In this document: positions 23,751 through 29,373 of the stretch, in pieces
How positions within the stretch are numbered: position 1 is the first letter of the stretch
Layout of the letters: the number at the start of each line of letters is the position of its first letter
Source: Candidatus Iainarchaeum sp.
GTDB taxonomy: Archaea; Iainarchaeota; Iainarchaeia; Iainarchaeales; 0-14-0-20-34-12
Assembly (NCBI GenBank): GCA_030649345.1
Contig: JAUSKK010000048.1
Coordinates: 1 to 29,373 of the forward strand
Reading direction: 5' to 3'
Length of the DNA: 29,373 nt
Notes under the pieces: model-generated
What the model was told of the DNA's origin: nothing
Seen by the model: only the letters and a program-made list of their open reading frames with translations
The model's database searches: none
Position numbers and translations under genes: made by a program

Positions 23751-24548
23751 TTATTTTTGTTTGTATTTCAAAATTTTGTCTAAAATAAACAAATGCTTTT
23801 TATGATTAAAAGCAAACAAATACGAATCATTGAAAGAATATTTTTCTTGAAATTCATTTAAAACAAAACAATGGGCTTCTCGCAAAATTACAAGGCCTGC
23901 GGCTACATCCCATTCGCCGACATCTTCGGCATCAGTAATCAGACAATCCATTCTTCCGCACGCCACATAACACAAAGCAATTGTGCAAGAACCTAAAACA
24001 CGTGAACGATACTGTTTTTTTCGCAAGACATCAACATTTTCTGCCAAAAATTTAAATTCTTCTTCAGACTTATGACTTAAACTCAAAATATACTGATTGA
24101 TTTGCTTGAATTTTTGAGCGTCCAACTTTACATCATTCAAAAATGCGCCATTGCCTTTGCTGGCATAAAAGCATTCATTTAAAGAAGGAACAAATACAAC
24201 ACCCACAACGGGAACACTGTTTTCAACCAAAGCAATGGAAACTGCAAACAAAGGCAAACCTTTCACAAAATTAGTTGTGCCATCAATTGGGTCCACAACC
24301 CAATAAGCATTGGATCGTTCTTTGAATTGAGATTCTTCACCTAAAAAACCATGAGACGGAAATTTTTTTTTCAAAAAAGACTGAATCATTTTCTGCGCTT
24401 CAAGATCCAAAGTTGAAACAATGGAATGATTCTCTTTAAACTGAACTGAAAAATTCGAAAACTGTTTTTGAACCAATTGTTTCCCTACTTTTTTAGCAAT
24501 TTGAATCGCAGCTTTGAGTTCTTTCGAATAGTGTTTAAGTTTGGACAA
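23751..24548 (-). CDS. Inositol monophosphatase family protein (paralog 2)
   Basis: Motifs are FLGEES, WVVDPIDGTTNF and WDVAAG. It has a TTG start 10 nt downstream of the aspS stop. Confidence 0.8.
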   Translation of the reverse strand: MSKLKHYSKELKAAIQIAKKVGKQLVQKQFSNFSVQFKENHSIVSTLDLEAQKMIQSFLKKKFPSHGFLGEESQFKERSNAYWVVDPIDGTTNFVKGLPLFAVSIALVENSVPVVGVVFVPSLNECFYASKGNGAFLNDVKLDAQKFKQINQYILSLSHKSEEEFKFLAENVDVLRKKQYRSRVLGSCTIALCYVACGRMDCLITDAEDVGEWDVAAGLVILREAHCFVLNEFQEKYSFNDSYLFAFNHKKHLFILDKILKYKQK

Positions 24549-24558
24549 AAAATCACAT

Positions 24559-25899
24559 TTAAGGAGTTAATCGTTCTGGATCGCGCGGCAACAAAATAGC
24601 TTCACGAATATTATCTAAATTACACAACTGTTCCATTATGCGATCTAAACCTAAACCGCAGCCGCCATGTGCAGGAACACCATATTGAAAAATCAGCGAA
24701 TAATCTTTCATTTCATCCAAATTTAAGCCTTTTTCTTTCGCTTGAGCTTTCAATAAATCATATCTATGTTCTCTTTGCGCGCCGGTAGCAATTTCCAAGC
24801 CTTTCCAAATTAAATCAAACGATTTAGTTCCTTTTGAATCTCCGTTAGGTTTCATGTGATAAAAAGGACGAACTGCCCAAGGATAATTGGTTACAAATAC
24901 AAATTCGGAATTAAATTTTTTCAAAACATAATCGCCTAACCATTTTTCAGCTTCCGGAGTCAAATCATCTTCTGCAGTTAATTTAAGTCCATTTTCAGCC
25001 AACAATTTTTTTACTTCAACCATATCCATGCGTGGAATTTTTTCGGGAACTTCAATTTTTTGATCTAAACCTAAAGCAATCAATTGTTCAGCACATTCTT
25101 CTTGAACATGTTTTAAAATAAAATGCATTAATCCTTCGACTGTGTCCATGACTTCTTGTTCGGATTCAATAAATCCTTGCTCAAAATCAATTCCAGTAAA
25201 TTCAGTTAAATGACGCACAGTGTGAGATTTTTCTGCTCGAAACACTGGGCCGATTTCGTATACTTTTTCTAAACCAGAACACACCATCATTTGTTTGTAA
25301 ATTTGCGGACTTTGAGCCAGATAAGCGGGTTTGCCAAAATAATCCACTTTAAATAATTCTGCACCACTTTCAACACCGGCACTGGTTAACTTAGGAGTAT
25401 TAATTCCAATAAAACCAGAATTTTCAAAAAAATCTACAACAAAACCTAAAACACGAGATCTAAGTTTGAATAAATTAATACTTTTTGGATTTCTTAAGTC
25501 CAAAAAACGGTAATCCAAACGAACACTTAAATCGGAAACAATTTTTCCGCTCATATCAATGGGGGTGGGAGCCTTTGCTTTAGAGACTATTTGAATTTTA
25601 GAAGGAATTAACTCAACACCCAAGCGGGCTTGCGGAGATTTTTTAACTAAGCCATCAATTTCTAAAACAGATTCTTTGGTTAAATCTTGAATTGAATCAA
25701 AAACTTCTTTGGAAACTTCAGTTTGCGGTAAAGTAACTTGAATAAAACCAGTCCGATCTTTTAATTGAATAAATCGAATTTTTTTCAAGTCACGATAATT
25801 TTCAACCCAGCCAGAAACTTTGACAACTTGGTCTGCACAATTCAATAAATCCACGGCATGAATTCGCTTTAAAGTTTCTTTCTTTTCCATTTTATCCAT
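24559..25899 (-). CDS. aspS: Aspartyl-tRNA synthetase, archaeal/eukaryotic short type
   Basis: It has an OB anticodon-binding N-domain (VSGWVENYRDLKKIRFIQLKDRTGFIQV). The class II motifs are FRAEKSHTVRHLTEF and GGCGLGLDR, and the C-terminus has LLPRDPERLTP. I prefer the ATG at 25899 (or 25890) to the track GTG at 25938. Confidence 0.85.
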   Translation of the reverse strand: MDKMEKKETLKRIHAVDLLNCADQVVKVSGWVENYRDLKKIRFIQLKDRTGFIQVTLPQTEVSKEVFDSIQDLTKESVLEIDGLVKKSPQARLGVELIPSKIQIVSKAKAPTPIDMSGKIVSDLSVRLDYRFLDLRNPKSINLFKLRSRVLGFVVDFFENSGFIGINTPKLTSAGVESGAELFKVDYFGKPAYLAQSPQIYKQMMVCSGLEKVYEIGPVFRAEKSHTVRHLTEFTGIDFEQGFIESEQEVMDTVEGLMHFILKHVQEECAEQLIALGLDQKIEVPEKIPRMDMVEVKKLLAENGLKLTAEDDLTPEAEKWLGDYVLKKFNSEFVFVTNYPWAVRPFYHMKPNGDSKGTKSFDLIWKGLEIATGAQREHRYDLLKAQAKEKGLNLDEMKDYSLIFQYGVPAHGGCGLGLDRIMEQLCNLDNIREAILLPRDPERLTP

Positions 25900-25946
25900 A
25901 AAATCAAGCAAGAAAACAATTAAATATGTAACCAACACATTTTCAT

Positions 25947-26462
25947 ATGATTTCAGCTAAACCTAAACGAATTCCAAAAAGAAAAGCCCTGCAAGTTCGA
26001 ACACTTAAATCTAGGCCTAAAGGAAAACGAATTATTCGAATTAAAATTCACGAAAAAGCTGTCCAGCATGCAAAAGAGGTATTGTCTTGGTTTGCTTTAC
26101 GCCAGCTTGGAAAAGAAAAAGCACAGGCTTATTTTAGCAATGCAGAAAACCAAGAACGCTTAAATCAAGCAATTGTAACAGGCCCTATATTACAACGATC
26201 CATTGAGTTAATGATTCAATCCAAACAAGCCGTGCAAAAAAGAACTTGGAAACGCAGAGTACAAAGTCAAATCAACGCATTATTCAAGCAAGCTGAAAAA
26301 CCCATGAAAACATTTGAACGAGACTATTATACTCAAATAATGCTGGAAACAGCCGAGCATATTGAAAAAACTATTTTTGATTCAGACATTCATTTTCAAT
26401 TAATGAATTTAGCCAGTGCATTCAGCACAGTCAGACATTTGCCTTTTTTAGAGCCAACGTAA
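25947..26462 (+). CDS. Hypothetical protein with a basic N-terminus. Its last 46 nt plus stop form direct-repeat copy 1.
   Basis: MISAKPKRIPKRKALQVRTLKSRPKGKRIIRIKIHEKAVQHAKEVL is followed by a helical region. It is divergent from aspS. Confidence 0.5.
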   Translation: MISAKPKRIPKRKALQVRTLKSRPKGKRIIRIKIHEKAVQHAKEVLSWFALRQLGKEKAQAYFSNAENQERLNQAIVTGPILQRSIELMIQSKQAVQKRTWKRRVQSQINALFKQAEKPMKTFERDYYTQIMLETAEHIEKTIFDSDIHFQLMNLASAFSTVRHLPFLEPT

Positions 26463-26463
26463 A
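26415..26463 (+). repeat. 49-nt direct repeat, copy 1
   Basis: AGTGCATTCAGCACAGTCAGACATTTGCCTTTTTTAGAGCCAACGTAAA matches 27959-28007 at 48 of 49 positions. Confidence 0.9.
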
Positions 26464-26474
26464 GGAAAATATAT

Positions 26475-27215
26475 ATGAAAAAAACAGAAACTAAAGTTAT
26501 TGTATTTGATTTAGACGGAACCTTGCTAGATACCATGGGCAAGCCCAAAGGAAAAAGCGGAATAGATATTACGCAAAAAAACACCCAAGCCTATGTAAAG
26601 GCAATGAAAAAGTTTTTTGAGATACCTGAACAAATCGCAGGAGAGCAGCATATTCGCACTAGCGGAAAACCTATGTTTATGCAAATACCAAATTTATTAA
26701 AGCAAGAAAAAATTCAGGCCAGTGAACAGCAAAGAAAAAATGCAGAATCCTATGCATTAAAATTAGTGCTTCAAGGAATGCCGAAACTGTTTCCCAAAAC
26801 TAAAAAAATGCTTCTGACACTAAAAAAAGAAGGCTGGAAAATGATTGTTTCCAGCGGATCTGTAAAAGCAACACCCGTAGTCAAAAAAACTGGATTAAAC
26901 AAATATTTAGATGAAGTATTAAATGCAGATCACCCCAACCAGTTCTATAAAGGAGTTCCGCATTTTAGATATATTTTCAAAAAATATCCTGCAGAAGAAT
27001 ATTTTTTTGCTACAGACTCATTGCATGATATTGAAAAAGCAAAACAAGCCGAACAAGTACTTGGAAAAAAAATCCACTGCATTGGACGCATCGGAACATT
27101 TACCAAAAAAGAATGGACTGGAAAAGCAGAATTTGTATTCCAAAATAGCCTAGAACTGTCCGACTACTTAAAGGACAAAACAACCAGCCGCACAACCAAT
27201 GAAAAGGTTTTATAA
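26475..27215 (+). CDS. HAD-superfamily hydrolase (phosphatase)
   Basis: Motif I is VIVFDLDGTLLDT and motif II is IVSSGS. A cap region is present, and motif IV is probably FFATDSLHD. Confidence 0.7.
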   Translation: MKKTETKVIVFDLDGTLLDTMGKPKGKSGIDITQKNTQAYVKAMKKFFEIPEQIAGEQHIRTSGKPMFMQIPNLLKQEKIQASEQQRKNAESYALKLVLQGMPKLFPKTKKMLLTLKKEGWKMIVSSGSVKATPVVKKTGLNKYLDEVLNADHPNQFYKGVPHFRYIFKKYPAEEYFFATDSLHDIEKAKQAEQVLGKKIHCIGRIGTFTKKEWTGKAEFVFQNSLELSDYLKDKTTSRTTNEKVL

Positions 27216-27236
27216 TAAAGAAAATACAATAAAAAC

Positions 27237-27773
27237 ATGGGAAAACTCATTCGCGGGCCATGGAAATTCAAATTACATGAACCAGCAAAAACTAGAACAA
27301 CGAACAGAAATAGACACAATCAAAACATTCGTTCTTTGGAAGAAAAAAGAACACAAATAAGAGCCAAAAAAACACGAAAGCAAGCCATTGAATACTTGGA
27401 TTTAGATTTAGGAACAGCTGGCCGAATGCGATTCATGCAAAGCCCAGTGCATGCAACTGCTGTAATCCAATGTGCAGAAAAAATTGCAAGACTTGAACAA
27501 GAAATTCAAAAATTAAGAAACGCACAATTTTCAAACCAAGAACGAACAGCACATACTGCAATTAAAAGATTACTTCCCGCATTTCAAACTATAGCAAAAA
27601 ATAGACGAATTCCTAAACCAGTCAAAAAATGGGTGGCCTTGTCATTAAGTGAAAAACGCCAGGAACTAAATTTACCCAGAACTACAGACATTGATCGGAT
27701 GCTTACAGAAATTATTGATTTATTTATTGCAAAAATACACGCGCCAGAAACAGCAGTGCAAAGCGAAGATTAA
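27237..27773 (+). CDS. Hypothetical protein with a basic N-terminus
   Basis: MGKLIRGPWKFKLHEPAKTRTTNRNRHNQNIRSLEEKRTQIRAKKTRKQAIEYL is followed by a helical region. I recognise no family for it. Confidence 0.45.
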   Translation: MGKLIRGPWKFKLHEPAKTRTTNRNRHNQNIRSLEEKRTQIRAKKTRKQAIEYLDLDLGTAGRMRFMQSPVHATAVIQCAEKIARLEQEIQKLRNAQFSNQERTAHTAIKRLLPAFQTIAKNRRIPKPVKKWVALSLSEKRQELNLPRTTDIDRMLTEIIDLFIAKIHAPETAVQSED

Positions 27774-27943
27774 TCAAATTCTTGCAGCATACTTTGTGAT
27801 TTTGTGTCTTGCAAAGCACGTGCAGGAATTTTTAATTTACTTCGAATATGCCAAGCCAATTCCGAAGCAAATCCATGAATGGTAAACACTTGTTTGGGAT
27901 TGGCTTGCACAACATATTCCAACAATTCAGCAAAGCATTTGAA
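27770..27943 (-). pseudogene. 5'-truncated remnant encoding only the C-terminal 57 aa of a beta-CASP/MBL (COG1236-like) nuclease
   Basis: My own translation gives FKCFAELLEYVVQANPKQVFTIHGFASELAWHIRSKLKIPARALQDTKSQSMLQEFD*. The ELL.YV....P..V...HG block is the typical C-terminal end of beta-CASP proteins. An in-frame stop lies immediately upstream at 27944-27946. There is no start codon and no upstream homology in any frame. Confidence 0.5.
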
Positions 27944-28007
27944 TTACTTAACTTATAGAGTGCATTCAGCACAGTCAGACATTTGCCTTTTTTAGAACCA
28001 ACGTAAA
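27935..28007 (+). pseudogene. 5'-truncated remnant of a paralog of the 25947 ORF (3' end only), containing direct-repeat copy 2 at 27959-28007
   Basis: It reads ...AFELLNL*SAFSTVRHLPFLEPT*, against HFQLMNLASAFSTVRHLPFLEPT* in the intact gene. There is an internal TAG at 27956-27958, and the last 49 nt are near-identical to copy 1. Confidence 0.6.
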
Positions 28008-28028
28008 ACAAAATTGTTTTGTTTTTAG

Positions 28029-28346
28029 TTAGTCTTTTTCTTTTTTCTGAAGAAATAGAATAACCAATATACCAAAAAATACTCCGACAATTACAAATCC
28101 GAGGCCACGATATTGCCACACAAAGTTGTCAAGAAGTTGTGCCATGCCCCAAATTATGAAAAACACGCTTATGAGGACAAATGCAATTTTCAGCATAATT
28201 TCTTCTAGAGGTTTTTTTATTCTATCAAAAGCATGTTCAGCACTATTAGCAACTGTTTCAGAAATAGTGGTCTGAATTACTTCCGAAGCATCCACAATAG
28301 GCTTAATTCCTTTCAAAAAACCCTGAATTAATTCAATGAGGGTCAT
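28029..28346 (-). CDS. Small two-TM membrane protein (holin-X/DUF1469-like architecture)
   Basis: It is 105 aa, with an amphipathic N-terminal region followed by two hydrophobic helices (IAFVLISVFFIIWGMAQLL and GLGFVIVGVFFGILVILFL) and a basic tail. Confidence 0.45.
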   Translation of the reverse strand: MTLIELIQGFLKGIKPIVDASEVIQTTISETVANSAEHAFDRIKKPLEEIMLKIAFVLISVFFIIWGMAQLLDNFVWQYRGLGFVIVGVFFGILVILFLQKKEKD

Positions 28347-28438
28347 TTTTTCACCATTAAATGTAAAATCTCTAAATTATTCGCAATTTTTTTGTCGCAG
28401 TTTTTATCTAAAACCAAGATGTTATCTGCATTGTTCAT
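28343..28438 (-). CDS. Possible 31-aa ORF translationally coupled to the downstream membrane protein
   Basis: My own translation gives MNNADNILVLDKNCDKKIANNLEILHLMVKK*. Its TGA overlaps the downstream ATG (ATGA at 28343-28346). It is below the track size cut-off. Confidence 0.25.
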   Translation of the reverse strand: MNNADNILVLDKNCDKKIANNLEILHLMVKK

Positions 28439-28471
28439 AAAATACCTCTTTGTTTGTTTTTGTAATTAAAA

Positions 28472-28633
28472 TTATTTTCCTGTCGCAATATTTCTTCCTT
28501 GACTTAGTCTATACACCATAATTACTAGCGCTGTTATAAGCAACAAATTAATCAAGCCACGGCCTATAGAACCCATTGCTTCAAGTGCCAATAAAAGTAT
28601 TAATACTATTAAAGCAGCCCATACCCAATCCAT
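28472..28633 (-). CDS. 53-aa two-helix membrane protein (lmo0937-family-like)
   Basis: My own translation gives MDWVWAALIVLILLLALEAMGSIGRGLINLLLITALVIMVYRLSQGRNIATGK*. GGTGA lies 4 nt upstream of the ATG. It is below the track size cut-off. Confidence 0.5.
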   Translation of the reverse strand: MDWVWAALIVLILLLALEAMGSIGRGLINLLLITALVIMVYRLSQGRNIATGK

Positions 28634-28685
28634 AATTTCACCAACACCGTCCTTCAGTTATTCTTATTAATAAAATCAATTTCAA

Positions 28686-28946
28686 CTAAAATGCTATTTT
28701 GAGTACATCCAAAATTATCAGCAACATAAAACCAGGAATTCCGCCAAGCACAACAATCAAAATACTCCAAATATTTATCTGAATATTTACAACTGGCAAA
28801 ATATTAACCAGAATTAAAGCCACAATCCCAATCGCACTATTAATGATCAGCAAAATAAGCCATTTTCCAAATAAAATTACACACAAAATGACAATAGCTA
28901 AAAAAATAGCAGTCAGCACTGGGCCCAATAATACATACGACAACAT
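28686..28946 (-). CDS. BofA-like (pro-sigmaK processing inhibitor family) small membrane protein
   Basis: LIINSAIGIVALILVNILPVVNIQINIWSILIVVLGGIPGFMLLIIL matches the BofA pattern N...G...L...N.....I.IN.......G.PG. I prefer the ATG at 28946. The track TTG at 28997 would add a basic extension that overlaps the upstream small ORF. Confidence 0.55.
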   Translation of the reverse strand: MLSYVLLGPVLTAIFLAIVILCVILFGKWLILLIINSAIGIVALILVNILPVVNIQINIWSILIVVLGGIPGFMLLIILDVLKIAF

Positions 28947-28956
28947 CCTAAAATCA

Positions 28957-29118
28957 CTATGCTTTTTTTTCCAAAACTTTATCATCAATCCAATCAATTT
29001 TTGTTTTCTTTTTTATTTCTTCGAACTCAGGAGCTGGTTCAGCTCCATTAACTGTTTTTGTTTCCACTGGTTTAAGAGCTTCTGTTTCAGTCTTTTCACT
29101 TGAATTTTCTTTTTTCAT
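28957..29118 (-). CDS. Possible 53-aa acidic/charged soluble ORF heading the small-membrane-protein run
   Basis: My own translation gives MKKENSSEKTETEALKPVETKTVNGAEPAPEFEEIKKKTKIDWIDDKVLEKKA*. An alternative ATG lies at 29127. The ORF ends 8 nt before the BofA-like ATG. Confidence 0.3.
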   Translation of the reverse strand: MKKENSSEKTETEALKPVETKTVNGAEPAPEFEEIKKKTKIDWIDDKVLEKKA

Positions 29119-29233
29119 TTCACACATTTACATCACAGCCTTCTAAGTTTGTTATTTTTTCATTTTTACTAGTCACTGCGACTAGTGCAACTATAGCAGG
29201 GAAGGCACTGAGAAAATAAGCACTGATAATAAA

Positions 29234-29373
29234 ATGACTGAAATACAAAACAGCGTTATTCTTGAGATTGGTACATGTAAAAGTGATACTAAAAATGGAG
29301 AATTTAAAGGTAATATTCTGGATGGTGTACCGGCCACATACGTCCCTTTGTACACAAAAAGATTAAATGACGT
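29234..29373 (+). CDS. Partial ORF running off the window end, function unknown
   Basis: The frame is open from the ATG at 29234 to the window end: MTEIQNSVILEIGTCKSDTKNGEFKGNILDGVPATYVPLYTKRLND. Stops lie immediately upstream in frame. Confidence 0.3.
   Translation, partial: MTEIQNSVILEIGTCKSDTKNGEFKGNILDGVPATYVPLYTKRLND

Noticed and set aside
7133-24548. Two IMPase-family paralogs, together with the PfkB kinase, HAD phosphatase and MBL hydrolase, considered as a hidden inositol or sugar-phosphate pathway cluster.
   Set aside because: The genes are dispersed over 17 kb in different transcription units. Each family is common and multi-copy in archaea, and nothing in the sequence ties them together.
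26396-28119. Minus-strand track ORFs 26396-26584 and 27832-28119, which share the peptide VGSKKGKCLTVLNAL.
   Set aside because: The shared peptide is simply the reverse-complement reading of the 49-nt direct repeat. Both ORFs overlap better-supported features: the 25947 ORF 3' end, the HAD start and the holin-like gene. Neither shows protein-like continuity outside the repeat.

Overview
The window looks like a gene-dense, AT-rich archaeal chromosome segment, probably from a small-genome DPANN-like lineage. That placement is an inference from five features: a short archaeal-type AspRS, a tRNA-Gln with an A1:U72 pair and no encoded CCA, TATA-like boxes about 25 nt upstream of starts, a DapL-type lysine pathway, and very tight gene packing. 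All domain calls come from motifs read in the supplied translations, because no database search was possible.

Contents in order:
- A partial HEAT-repeat, kinase-like ORF.
- A class II (B12) ribonucleotide reductase whose Cys-rich zinc-ribbon tail sits in a separate overlapping ORF.
- cutA, then trxB followed by two co-oriented membrane-anchored ORFans with basic N-termini.
- An IMPase-family gene, tRNA-Gln(UUG), tRNA-Ile(GAU), a PfkB sugar kinase and a TraB/Tiki-like protein.
- A compact divergent lysine (diaminopimelate) cluster: ACT-domain protein, dapL-like, dapF and lysA on the minus strand; dapB and dapA on the plus strand.
- A cell-surface island at 16.6-22.9 kb, with four lipobox proteins built from shared modules (lectin-like jelly roll, FN3 array, Cys-rich modules) around a tandem-wHTH regulator and a small membrane protein.
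- A minus-strand run of an MBL hydrolase, a second IMPase and aspS.
- More basic ORFans, a HAD hydrolase, and a rearrangement scar (49-nt direct repeats plus two head-truncated gene remnants).
- A minus-strand run of very small membrane proteins (holin-like, lmo0937-like, BofA-like).

No CRISPR array, transposase, integrase, rRNA or recognisable defence genes were seen.

The most interesting items are the modular surface island, the split RNR zinc-finger tail, the repeat-bounded scar, a scattered family of ORFans with arginine/lysine-rich termini, and a pair of covarying hairpins next to the tRNA genes.
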